A DNA stretch of 64,000 nucleotides from Verrucomicrobiota bacterium (lineage in GTDB: Bacteria; Verrucomicrobiota; Verrucomicrobiia; Limisphaerales; SIBE01): assembly GCA_016209525.1 (NCBI GenBank), contig JACQWK010000074.1, positions 2,205 through 66,204 of the forward strand, in the 5' to 3' direction. A program made the translations under genes and the position numbers. Positions 25,790 to 34,962 of this stretch are shown piece by piece. Positions within the stretch are counted from its first letter, which is position 1. Each line of letters begins with the position of its first letter. The notes beneath the pieces are model-generated. The model did no database searches, had not been told where the DNA came from, and was given only the letters and a program-made list of their open reading frames with translations.

Positions 25790-26806
25790 TCAAGATTGCG
25801 GCGATTTGGCATTCGAGCAAGGCGCTTTCAGCAGGACCGTGCAATAGCCGAGGCCGGTGGAGGCGTCGCCGCCGAATTGGAAGACCTTGCGGTCGGCCGC
25901 CTTTCCGCCGAAAGCCTCGATCGCCTTGGCGGCATCGCGGCGCTGGTCCTTGGCCTTGTCCGCTGTGCGCTCGTCGAAAGCGTGGATCAAAGAGTAGAAG
26001 AACGTTTCGCTTGGCACGTTCTCCTGATTGAAGAGCGCGCCGCCCTCCGCCGTGCCGGTCTCGTCGCTGATGCGGACGTGTTGAGCGACCGCGCAGGCGT
26101 TCTGCGCAAAAAAACTCATCATGCCGTTGCTGACGATGACAAGGTGGTCTTTTACTTCAGCCCACACCAAATCTCCTGACAGCAGGTCAGACATTCTTTT
26201 TCCAAGCTCCGCCAGTCCCTGCCAGTTGGAATGCTTGAACGTGTATTCCTCCAGCACGATCTGCCCGCTCAAGTCCAGCTTGCTGGCGCTGCCGGCGTCA
26301 AAAATCGCTTGCTCGTCCTTTGGCTCCGGCAAGCCTTGAATCAGAGCCGATGCGAGAACTCCATCACGCACGGCCCGTTGTAACATCAGCGGACACGTAA
26401 TCCAGGCAAAGCTGCCTTTTGCTGAGCGGATGGGAAAGGCCAGGAGGCGCGCTTCAGAGAACTGAAGTGAGCCGGCAAAAGCATGGCTGGCGTTGTCCGA
26501 TCCGAACAGCCAAGCTGCTTCAGCTACCTGGTCGATTACCTCTTCGTTCTTCTCGTTCTTTCTTGTCGTCACGCGCAGGTAACGCTTGCCGTTCTGTTCG
26601 TGAAGTCCTTCGTTCCACGCATCAGCGAACGTGCCTTTCAGGCTGGTAGCGGGGATAATCGGAAATCCGGTGTGACGTTCGCGTTGGATGGGCTGGTCAA
26701 TCGCACCGACGCTGGCGCCGGCGCCGACGTGGAGCGGGGTGCGGGTGAACAGGTAGAGAATTTTCGATTTCTGATTTCTGATTTCTGATTTGGATTCCGT
26801 GTTCAT
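25790..26806 (-). CDS. cmr4: Type III-B RAMP Cmr4 (operon A)
   Basis: TPLHVGAG..IDQPIQRERHTGFP, LAFPIRS, GALFNQE, QFGGDASTGLG. Confidence 0.97.
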   Translation of the reverse strand: MNTESKSEIRNQKSKILYLFTRTPLHVGAGASVGAIDQPIQRERHTGFPIIPATSLKGTFADAWNEGLHEQNGKRYLRVTTRKNEKNEEVIDQVAEAAWLFGSDNASHAFAGSLQFSEARLLAFPIRSAKGSFAWITCPLMLQRAVRDGVLASALIQGLPEPKDEQAIFDAGSASKLDLSGQIVLEEYTFKHSNWQGLAELGKRMSDLLSGDLVWAEVKDHLVIVSNGMMSFFAQNACAVAQHVRISDETGTAEGGALFNQENVPSETFFYSLIHAFDERTADKAKDQRRDAAKAIEAFGGKAADRKVFQFGGDASTGLGYCTVLLKAPCSNAKSPQS

Positions 26807-26846
26807 GGGTTCAGTCTCCTTCGTTGTTGAAAGTTTGTCGCGTTTG

Positions 26847-26864
26847 CGGACGTCGGCGGACGTT
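26847..26864 (-). promoter_or_regulatory. Putative operator, copy 5
   Basis: CGGACGTCGGCGGACGTT, 41 nt from cmr4-A ATG 26806. Confidence 0.7.
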
Positions 26865-26983
26865 CTCGAAAGCGGAGTGCGGACTTGCAGAACGCGGAGT
26901 TGGCTGGCGGTCGAGAGTTGAGAGCCAGGGCCTTGGATGAAGGCCTGCGGGAGGAGCGGGCTGACTCACCGCCAAAATGACGA

Positions 26984-28459
26984 TCATTCGCCATAAAACC
27001 TCCAGGTTCCGCAGACCCCCAGCCCGTAGCCCTTCTCGCCCAGCAGCGTGCTGCGGCGGTTTTGGATTTTGCTCCCGTCACCGCTGCCGTGCCAGTTGAG
27101 AGCGTTGGCGAGCGCAAGGGCATGCGCGGGGCCGCCGTCTTTGTCCGGCTCGGCCTCGAAGTAATACACCGCTCCGGCGGACACGGCGAGGTGAGTGGAT
27201 TTAGCGCCCGATGGGATTTCCGATTTTTGATTTTCAGATTTGGATTCGGCGAGCGACCAACCGGTGACAATTATGGGTTTGGGGACGATGGCGGCGACAA
27301 GGCGGGCGGGGATTGTTGAACCGGGAGCGCCTCCCTTGCGTTTGGCTTTGCGAAGGCCGCTACCGGTGGTCAGCAGTACTTGACCGCCGCGCTCGTCAAA
27401 GCGCGCCTCGCGTTTTTCGCTGTCCCAGTTCACGAAAACCCAGTTGGGCAACCAGCCGCCGGGATGTGGGTTTTGCGGTGAACCGTCCTTCTTCGCGGGG
27501 GGAATCTCCGGCCAGAGTGCGGGCGTCAGGAGCGCCCATTTCACCGGGAACTTGCCGTTGGGCAGTGGTTTGAAATCAACGGCGGCATGCAACCCCTTGG
27601 GGAGCGGCAACGGTTGCGGGGCGTTGCGACGGTGCGCCGTGCAGAGCCGTTGTTGGCCGCCGACGATGATGTTTTGCGGCTGGCCGTTGAGCAGGGTCTG
27701 GAGGAGGTCGCTATTGTGTTGTTTGAATTCCTTGTCCATCGCTTCAGCAAACAGACCGAGCCGGAATTCCTCGCGCAGACGGAGGTAATGGGCGGAGTAG
27801 AAGTTGGTTTTGTCCTGCGTCTGGGTTTCGGGGTCGATGCCGATGCCGATGGCGTACTCTGTGTCGGCAATGTCGGTGTCGCGCAGGAAGTGATCGCCGG
27901 GTTTGTCGGGCTTGAGGTCATCAGAGCCCCGCAGGAAAGAGTTGAACGCATCGGTGGAAATCCACGACTCGCCGCCAGCGTCCTTGGCGGGCGGCCGGCT
28001 GTTGGCCACTGCATACTTGGGCGGCGTGGCAAGGCTGGAGGTCTGCCAAGGTTGTTCAACCCCGGGCAGGGAGATGACCGGGCACAGGGTGACGGCGACG
28101 CTGCCGTTGAGTTGAGCGTCCTTCGGGCGGGGGAAGAACCAAGTCGCCTTGCCTCCTTTTTCGCGCACCGGAAAAGGGCCGGCAGTGAGAAGGGAGCCGA
28201 ACAGTCTCCCGTGTTTCGCTCGGTTTTCATCCGAGTGGTCGCGTTTGTCCGAGGACCGACCGGGGGCATGCCGGTGCAGCTTCACGCCGGTTTCTTGCTC
28301 AAGGCCGGCGCGATGCAACGCGGCGTGGAGCGCGTGGTTGGTGACGTCCGGCAACGGCCAGGCAGCGGTATGGCCAGCGAGCGAACCGCTCATTGGGCGG
28401 CCATCGCGGAAGAACAGCACGTCGGTGGGTTGAAGAAGAATTTGATGCAGGTTGTTCAT
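26984..28459 (-). CDS. cmr3: Type III-B Cmr3 (operon A)
   Basis: PTDVLFFRDGRP, VGGQQR, LLTPA, AVSAGAVYYF, GEKGYGLG. Confidence 0.95.
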   Translation of the reverse strand: MNNLHQILLQPTDVLFFRDGRPMSGSLAGHTAAWPLPDVTNHALHAALHRAGLEQETGVKLHRHAPGRSSDKRDHSDENRAKHGRLFGSLLTAGPFPVREKGGKATWFFPRPKDAQLNGSVAVTLCPVISLPGVEQPWQTSSLATPPKYAVANSRPPAKDAGGESWISTDAFNSFLRGSDDLKPDKPGDHFLRDTDIADTEYAIGIGIDPETQTQDKTNFYSAHYLRLREEFRLGLFAEAMDKEFKQHNSDLLQTLLNGQPQNIIVGGQQRLCTAHRRNAPQPLPLPKGLHAAVDFKPLPNGKFPVKWALLTPALWPEIPPAKKDGSPQNPHPGGWLPNWVFVNWDSEKREARFDERGGQVLLTTGSGLRKAKRKGGAPGSTIPARLVAAIVPKPIIVTGWSLAESKSENQKSEIPSGAKSTHLAVSAGAVYYFEAEPDKDGGPAHALALANALNWHGSGDGSKIQNRRSTLLGEKGYGLGVCGTWRFYGE

Positions 28460-31400
28460 GGCGTCGCGAGTTGCCTTTCGGCAGCGGGTTGAGTTTCGAA
28501 TGTTTCGTTTGGAGTTTCGGGTTTCTCCTCAGACAGATTGCGTGCGATGAAGGCGGCGGTCTGGCAAAGGCCGATGAGGGCCTGAATCGGGTCTTCGGTT
28601 CGCTGCCGATCAAGCTGCCTGCGCGTGCTTTCCACCTGGCTCTTGAGCCACTTCGCGTCCGCATCCGGCAAGCCCTGCAGTGATTCAGCTTCATCCAGCA
28701 GATCCCGGAGTTCCCCTTCGCGGTCTTGCTCGGAGACGACTTTAGCCTCGCCGAGTTCCTTCAGTTTCTTGGTCATTTGAGCGGTTACCGCCAATTTCGC
28801 GAGCCGAACTTCGAGCCGCTCGCAAAGATTCGCGGCCAAAGCAACGGCGGCGCGCTGGATTACGTGGTTCAGGTAGCGATCTATTGAAACTTGATTGGAA
28901 GACCCGTTCCGAGGCTCCGCGAGTTCCTTCAGCTTGGCATGCTCGTCTTTCATATCCTTCTGCTTCTGCCGCTCGACAGCATGGCGGAACTCACGGCGGA
29001 CGATGTCCACGACGGGGAAGTCCTTCACGGGTTCAAGGCTTTTGGCGGCAAGCGGGCTGGTCTCGGTGAGATAGGCACCGAGCAACTCGACCACGCGATG
29101 GGGGAACTTGTTGCTGACCGCGCCAGCGCCGATGGCCTCGAGGATAGCACCGTGAATCTCCAGGCCGCCGCTGTCCCACTGGCAGCCCCATTCGATAGTT
29201 TCGCCACTGCGTTTCATGAGCGTGACGGCTACGGCGCTGCGGCCCAGTTCGTTCTTGGCGCGTTTCTCGGCGCGTTGCGCTTCGCGCACGACGTCCTGGA
29301 GCGGCGACTTGAAATGGGCGATGGCGATCCCGACGGAGCAGTCGGCGGCAGAGCCGGGGACAAGGAAGGGAAAGCGCACCGGTTCATCGAGCAGGCCGGC
29401 TTCGGCACCCGATCCTTTTGGCGCGGCCTGTTCTGTCAGCTTGATGAAGCCGGGATGTTCGACAGCGAACAGAGGCGTCTTGCCGTCCGACTTCCATTCC
29501 TCGCGATTCCGCGGCCCGCGGTTCACGATGCCCTTGGCAAGCTCGGACAGACGTGGTTCGCCTTTGAAGGCAGCCCGCAGCGCACGGGCGCAGGCCAGCG
29601 CGGTGTCTGCCGGAAGCATCGCCAGCACATCGTCGCCGCCGGAATAAATGAGACAGCCATCGTGGGCTTCGACAATGGGCCGGGCGCAGTGTAGGCCGAA
29701 GTTGGCGAGGAGTTCGGAGAACTGGAGATGAAACGAGGGCGAAAGCGGACGGCGTCCCTTGAGGAATTCCGCGTTGCCGTGCCGGGTGAAGTAAGCGTGA
29801 GCTTCACGCGAAAGCTGTCCGGCCACCTCCGGGCACTTCGCGCCGGATATCCACTTGCCCACCTCGTCGCCATCCAGGGCAAGCACGGCAAAGTATTTGC
29901 CCTCATCCTCACTGCCGGATTCGTCGTCTGCTGACAAGGCGAACGGCTGATGTGCAGCGATGGAGCGCGTATTCGGCATGGCGAAGTCGCCCTCGTTGGG
30001 GAAAAAGGCGTGTTCCTTGGACAACCACGTGAGGTGCCAAAGGCGCTTAAGCAGCGTGGAGGCTCCGAGCAGGTCGCGGGGTTTGAAAGCGTTTTCGTTG
30101 CCATCGGCTAACCGGCGGGAGATATTCTTGGCTTCGTTTTGGTCCGTCGGCACTTCCAGACAGGCTTCTTCTTTGCCGTTGAGCGAGTCTTTGTTCTGCC
30201 ACCGGTCCACCCGCCAGCCGCCGTCGCTCCAAGCCAAAAAGCTGCGCGTGGTCTTCGCCGCGTCCAATTGCCAAGAAACCAGGGCGAACAAGGCGGACCA
30301 GGCATTGGAAACTTGCGAAAGCGGCCCGGCTTTGTCTGGGGAGCCGAGTTGCTGGTCTCTGAAGCACCACGGGTCCCGGTGTTCAGGCCGCATGCGGTCC
30401 AGCATGGCGAGCACACCGCGCAACGGATCGAGCGGGTGCTCTCGCTCTTCCCCCGGCAGGCGCGCCGTGGATTCGATTGCGCTTTTGATTGATTCCGGCC
30501 ACGGCAGAACCTGCCAGTGGACTTCGAGCAGTTTTTCCAACTGAGCCCTAAAGCGCGCAATATCGACGCTGCCCGGCACCTTGTCAGCACAATGCTCGGC
30601 CACCGAATCCCCGATTCGGCGTAATTGCGCACGGACTTCGGATTCGAGGTGCGCAGCGTAGCGCGCGGCTCCCGTGCGCCCCACGCTGTCCGGCGTCTGC
30701 CATTGAGGATGCTCGGCCATCGTCGCGGGCAACAGCGCAAGAACGCGATTCGGCAGGCTGGGCGTCAGCAGCCGTTCCCTCTCTCGCTGGTCGTAGTAAC
30801 CGAAGGCCCGCCAGAGTTCCGTCCCGTCCGCCGCTTTGTGGTGATCCCAAAGCTCCCGGCGCAAGAGGAGGTCCAGAATCGGCTGGTTGGCCAGGTTTGG
30901 GAACAGGACGTGATCCGGCCCGAAATCCAGAGCGATCCGGGCGAGCGCGGTGCCGATGAGATAGCTCAACAGATAGGAACCGCTCCACAGGTCCCGGGTG
31001 CTGCGCGCAGCGGCGATGAGCTCCTGCACCGGCCCGATGGTAAAGAGCAGGAACGCGGGTCGGTCAGGTGGAGGCTGGGGCCTTTGGCCTTTGCTCCTGG
31101 CGTCCAGCCAGTCCTTCAAACTGCCGCCAAGACAGCCTTGGAATGCGCTGGTGACGGCCAAGTGGTTCCAAATGGTGTGATCTGGAAGGCGCGTCTCCGC
31201 CGGCAGGCAGGAAAACCGTTCGTCCGCTGCCGAAGCCCAGTTCTGCCAGAAACGCCAGGCACAGATGAACGCGGCCCGCGGGTCATCATCCGTGATGAGT
31301 GGCCGTGATTTCTGCGAAATCTCCAATGCGGCCGTTGGCGAGGCAAACGGCTGGAGAAAGTGGATTGACGTCATCCCCAATGGGTGGCGGAGAGCGTTGT

Positions 31401-31650
31401 CCGTGGCGTCGAATTCCGAGCGGCAGAGCACCGTATCGCCGAGTTTTGTCTTGGGCCATGGCAGCCGGTCGGCGGCTGAGGCGGCGATGTCGGCCGACTT
31501 GCGGGTGGTTTCTTCCGGATGAAAACCTTCGGCTTGCGCCAGTGACCTGGCTCGGTCCTCATGGTCCACGATGCTGATAACTTTGTCAGGGCTGTCGTGA
31601 AGATAGGCGCTGAGTTTGCGGCGCCAATAGGTTGGATTATCGAGGCTCAT
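28456..31650 (-). CDS. cas10: Type III-B Cas10/Cmr2 (operon A)
   Basis: KLSAYLHDSP, PAETRLPDHT, IGPVQELIAAARSTRDLWSGSYLLS, ALDGDEVG, YSGGDD. Confidence 0.97.
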   Translation of the reverse strand: MSLDNPTYWRRKLSAYLHDSPDKVISIVDHEDRARSLAQAEGFHPEETTRKSADIAASAADRLPWPKTKLGDTVLCRSEFDATDNALRHPLGMTSIHFLQPFASPTAALEISQKSRPLITDDDPRAAFICAWRFWQNWASAADERFSCLPAETRLPDHTIWNHLAVTSAFQGCLGGSLKDWLDARSKGQRPQPPPDRPAFLLFTIGPVQELIAAARSTRDLWSGSYLLSYLIGTALARIALDFGPDHVLFPNLANQPILDLLLRRELWDHHKAADGTELWRAFGYYDQRERERLLTPSLPNRVLALLPATMAEHPQWQTPDSVGRTGAARYAAHLESEVRAQLRRIGDSVAEHCADKVPGSVDIARFRAQLEKLLEVHWQVLPWPESIKSAIESTARLPGEEREHPLDPLRGVLAMLDRMRPEHRDPWCFRDQQLGSPDKAGPLSQVSNAWSALFALVSWQLDAAKTTRSFLAWSDGGWRVDRWQNKDSLNGKEEACLEVPTDQNEAKNISRRLADGNENAFKPRDLLGASTLLKRLWHLTWLSKEHAFFPNEGDFAMPNTRSIAAHQPFALSADDESGSEDEGKYFAVLALDGDEVGKWISGAKCPEVAGQLSREAHAYFTRHGNAEFLKGRRPLSPSFHLQFSELLANFGLHCARPIVEAHDGCLIYSGGDDVLAMLPADTALACARALRAAFKGEPRLSELAKGIVNRGPRNREEWKSDGKTPLFAVEHPGFIKLTEQAAPKGSGAEAGLLDEPVRFPFLVPGSAADCSVGIAIAHFKSPLQDVVREAQRAEKRAKNELGRSAVAVTLMKRSGETIEWGCQWDSGGLEIHGAILEAIGAGAVSNKFPHRVVELLGAYLTETSPLAAKSLEPVKDFPVVDIVRREFRHAVERQKQKDMKDEHAKLKELAEPRNGSSNQVSIDRYLNHVIQRAAVALAANLCERLEVRLAKLAVTAQMTKKLKELGEAKVVSEQDREGELRDLLDEAESLQGLPDADAKWLKSQVESTRRQLDRQRTEDPIQALIGLCQTAAFIARNLSEEKPETPNETFETQPAAERQLATP

Positions 31651-31659
31651 GGGTGGTGG

Positions 31660-31842
31660 TCAGCAAAGTGAATCGGCAATGGCAGCAGCGAGAATTGCAT
31701 TGGCGAAGACCCGGGATTCTTGCTTGGCGAATCCGCCTGTCTGCATGGCGCGCTCGATGGGTTGGTCATGCGTGGCGAGGTGCGCGCACTTGCTCGGCGG
31801 GTCGTGCAAGAAGGCGAGGAGTTTGCGTTGCCAGAGGTTCAT
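31660..31842 (-). pseudogene. 60-aa N-terminal remnant of a third cas10
   Basis: MNLWQRKLLAFLHDPPSK is nearly identical to cas10-B LWKRKLLAFLHDPPHK, also at DNA level. Confidence 0.85.
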
Positions 31843-31940
31843 TCGGGATTTATGAGTTCTGATTTATGATTTCTGGATTTCGACGTCCGAATTCTGATTC
31901 TTGGGGAGAATAGGCGGGAGAGGGCGCGAGCGCCAAAGTT

Positions 31941-32091
31941 CGGACGTCCGGGGACGTCGGATCAGGCTTGGCGTTGGGCGGTTCTCGGGCACGGATTCCT
32001 TTTGGCTACGGTCGAGAAGCGTAAGGCGCGCAGCAGCCCAAGCAACGGAAAGTTATTGGATGTTGTTCACCGGCTTTTCACAGGTCACTCC
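31941..32091 (-). promoter_or_regulatory. Conserved cas10 leader, copy A (operator copy 6 at 31941-31958)
   Basis: Near-identical to 19202-19354; downstream sense TTGGCG-N18-TATTCT. Confidence 0.8.
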
Positions 32092-32227
32092 CGCCACGAA
32101 CTGAAGCTCTGTGCCGCCCCGCGACCGGTTTGCTGACGGCGAGATCGCGGACTTCCAGGCCCCAGCCGGTGGAGCCGCCGCTGCTTTCATCGGACTTCGG
32201 ACTTCGGATTCGGATTTCCGTTTCGCG

Positions 32228-32770
32228 TCACGGCTGAGCGAACTCGCGGAGCACGAGGGCCAGGTTGCGCCCGGCCGTGACCGCCTCGCGCTCGCCGAGC
32301 GGTGTTTGTTGGTAATGCCGGCGAAGCCGGTCCGGCTCGACGATTTTGAGCCGCAGCATGGCGCGGAGCAGGTCCAAATCTTTCTCGCGCCCGACCATCA
32401 GCTTCACCACGGCCAGGTCGTAGGGATCGAGGGAGAAGACATTGTCGTAGCCTTCGACGCGGTGGAGGCGGGATTCCCAACCGGCGGGTAGGGTTTCGCC
32501 AATCACCGGACGGAGGATGTCAACGTAGTAACCGTTTTGGGACATGAACGCGCTGTCCCGTCCCGCCGCAAACTGCAAACTTTCCGCGATGGCCTCGCTG
32601 CTGGGTTCCAACAGAAAATCCGCGTCGGTCGTCCTTTCGAGGACCCCACCGGGGATGCCCAGTTCCGGATGGCTGGGGAGAAGTGAAGCCGACCCAAGAA
32701 TCTGGACGCGCTGAGGCCGGGCTACAGCACGCACCACTTCGATCAAATGGTTCAATGACTGTAGGCGCAT
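32228..32770 (-). CDS. DUF6036-like nucleotidyltransferase (intact)
   Basis: ILGSASL..TTDADF..GYYVD..LPAGWESRL..DLAVVKL.VGREKD. Confidence 0.85.
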   Translation of the reverse strand: MRLQSLNHLIEVVRAVARPQRVQILGSASLLPSHPELGIPGGVLERTTDADFLLEPSSEAIAESLQFAAGRDSAFMSQNGYYVDILRPVIGETLPAGWESRLHRVEGYDNVFSLDPYDLAVVKLMVGREKDLDLLRAMLRLKIVEPDRLRRHYQQTPLGEREAVTAGRNLALVLREFAQP

Positions 32771-33066
32771 TGGCGGATGATGACGGCGCGTTCGGCTGCG
32801 GTGAGCACGCCGGCGAAGGGAGCGAAGTCGCGCAGGCGTTCCGTGGCCTCGCTGCGGTCCCGAAACAGGCGCAGCAATTCCTGAAACCCATCCGGTGTTC
32901 CCTGAGCGCGCAGAATGATCTGGCGCCATTGCTCCAGCCGCTGTGGCGCGGTGTGGCCATTGGCGATCCAACGGTCGATGTTCTCCAGCGGGATACGCAG
33001 CAAGGCCTGCCGGGTTTCGGGGTCAGCCCGCTCCAGTTTATCGGCGATCAGGTCGTGCAGAGTCAT
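32752..33066 (-). CDS. Partner (putative antitoxin) of DUF6036-like NTase
   Basis: Homologous to 19670-20020; overlaps the NTase start. Confidence 0.75.
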   Translation of the reverse strand: MTLHDLIADKLERADPETRQALLRIPLENIDRWIANGHTAPQRLEQWRQIILRAQGTPDGFQELLRLFRDRSEATERLRDFAPFAGVLTAAERAVIIRQCAYSH

Positions 33067-33101
33067 AGGGAATCTATGATTTATGATTTATGATTTACGA
33101 T

Positions 33102-33542
33102 TTATGATTGGGATGAGGCGGCGCCGCAGCATTTCTTGAATTTCTTGCCGCTGCCGCAAGGACACGGATCGTTGCGTCCGACCTTTGGCTGGCCGACCGG
33201 CCTGGGCGCCGCCATCTGTTCACGGATGCCTCTCGCGCGGCGAAACAGGTAACGGAGTTGGCAATGCCGTCTCGCGACAACCGCGTCGAGGTCCGGTTGG
33301 GCCGATTGCAACGCTTCCAACAAATCATGGGCAATCGCTTCCTCAGAGTCGGCGCAGGAATCGTCGAGCTGCATGAGGTCACGAACATAATTGTAAAAGA
33401 CGGTGGGGCCGGAGAAAGTCTTGCCCGGATTCCGCCTGGGCTCGTCCTCAACGCGGACGAAGGTCCGGCGCGCATCCTGGCAGGAGCACGAAGGGTTGAT
33501 GCAATAATCATGGCTCAAGTTCTCGGGCAACTCCATTTTCAT
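33102..33542 (-). CDS. SEC-C motif protein
   Basis: [21 protein letters not shown]-terminal YCINPSCSC. Confidence 0.85.
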   Translation of the reverse strand: MKMELPENLSHDYCINPSCSCQDARRTFVRVEDEPRRNPGKTFSGPTVFYNYVRDLMQLDDSCADSEEAIAHDLLEALQSAQPDLDAVVARRHCQLRYLFRRARGIREQMAAPRPVGQPKVGRNDPCPCGSGKKFKKCCGAASSQS

Positions 33543-33701
33543 AGCCGCGCCAGTCTAAGCCGCGCCTCGCAAACTTGCCATTGCGTTTCTCCGCCGTTTG
33601 TGCGGACCCAGATCAGTTTTTGCAGACCGGCTCTTTTGACCTTTCGCTTTGTTCTTCGTCGCGAATCACGTAATAGTCTCTGCGCTGTCTCAAACTGAAA
33701 G

Positions 33702-34916
33702 ATGCAAACTTTACCGACTGTGCTCCTTCGTCCTGGCGAAGCTGATCGTGTCGTCGCAGGACATCCATGGATTTACGCGGCGTCGATTCTGCGCCTGAGC
33801 CAACCGGCCGGCGACGGCGACGTGGTTCAGGTGAAAGATCACCGGCAACGTTTCCTTGGAATCGGCTTCTTTAATTCGAAATCCAAGATCCACGTCCGCA
33901 TGCTGTCTCCGGAAAGAGTGGCGATTGATCAGGCGTTTTTCGAGCGACGGATCAGGGGCGCCTTGGCGCTTCGACAAAAGCACTTGGCCGAGGCCGCCTG
34001 CTTCCGAGTGGTCAACGCCGAGAGCGATTTCTTGAGCGGGTTGATCATCGACAAGTATGGCGATGTGATCGTCATCCAGACCTCGGCGCTGGGAATGGAT
34101 CGACGAAAAGAGATGATCGTCGGCGCTGTGAAAGAACTCTTCGCGCCACGCGCCATTGTCGAGCGCAACGAGTTCTCTTCGCGGAAATACGAAGGACTGC
34201 CCGACTCGAACGGCGTGCTCGACGGCCAACTGCCTTCTGGACCGGGTTCATTGCTGCGAGTGGAGTTGAACGGCCTCAGTTTTGAGGTGGACATTCTCGG
34301 CGGACATAAGACCGGCCTCTATTTGGATCAACAGTTGAATTGGCGTCAGGTGGCCCAACTCGCGCGCGGAGGACAAGTCTTGGATTGCTTCACGTTTCAA
34401 GGAGGATTTGCGCTCCATGCAGCCCGCGCCGGAGCGGTTCACGTCCACGCGATCGACCAGAGCGCGGAGGCGATCGCAACGGCGGCGCGCAACGCGGCGG
34501 AGAACGGACTGGCCAGCCAATGCACGTTCGAAGCGGCCAATGTCTTTGACTGGTTCAAGGCCCAGACCACGGCCGGTCCGCACGAGAAAGTCGTGCCGCG
34601 TTTTGATCTGATCGTTCTGGACCCCCCATCCTTCACACGCAACCGCGCGGCGATCCCGGATGCGCTTCGCGGGTATAAGGAGATTCATCTGCGAGCGCTG
34701 AAGCTGTTGAAGCCGGGCGGAACTCTGGCCACGTTCTGTTGCTCTCACCACATTGACGGCCAAACCTTCCAAGACGTGATACTCGACGCGGCTTTCGACA
34801 CCCATCGCGTGCTCCGGCGGATCGCCACCTACACCCAGTCGCCGGATCATCCCGTCATTCCGGTCATCCGGGAGACGGAGTATCTCAAAGGGTTCGCATT
34901 CGAGATTGCCCGCTGA
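33702..34916 (+). CDS. rlmI: RlmI-family SAM-dependent rRNA methyltransferase
   Basis: GHPWIY PUA domain, GHKTGLYLDQ, IVLDPPSF, ETEYLKG. Confidence 0.85.
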   Translation: MQTLPTVLLRPGEADRVVAGHPWIYAASILRLSQPAGDGDVVQVKDHRQRFLGIGFFNSKSKIHVRMLSPERVAIDQAFFERRIRGALALRQKHLAEAACFRVVNAESDFLSGLIIDKYGDVIVIQTSALGMDRRKEMIVGAVKELFAPRAIVERNEFSSRKYEGLPDSNGVLDGQLPSGPGSLLRVELNGLSFEVDILGGHKTGLYLDQQLNWRQVAQLARGGQVLDCFTFQGGFALHAARAGAVHVHAIDQSAEAIATAARNAAENGLASQCTFEAANVFDWFKAQTTAGPHEKVVPRFDLIVLDPPSFTRNRAAIPDALRGYKEIHLRALKLLKPGGTLATFCCSHHIDGQTFQDVILDAAFDTHRVLRRIATYTQSPDHPVIPVIRETEYLKGFAFEIAR

Positions 34917-34962
34917 TTGCTGTACTGACACAGTATCCACAGCGGGGCGCCGCTGGAACCGA

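Noticed and set aside
26803..27270. 155-aa ORF between cmr3-A and cmr4-A
   Set aside because: Mostly overlaps cmr3 out of frame; the remainder is the promoter-containing gap.
16342..31650. Calling the Cas10 signal type (cA3/cA4/cA6/SAM-AMP) or HD nuclease activity
   Set aside because: GGDD and an N-terminal LHD are visible, but product specificity cannot be read reliably by eye; the Card1-like effector only suggests cA4.
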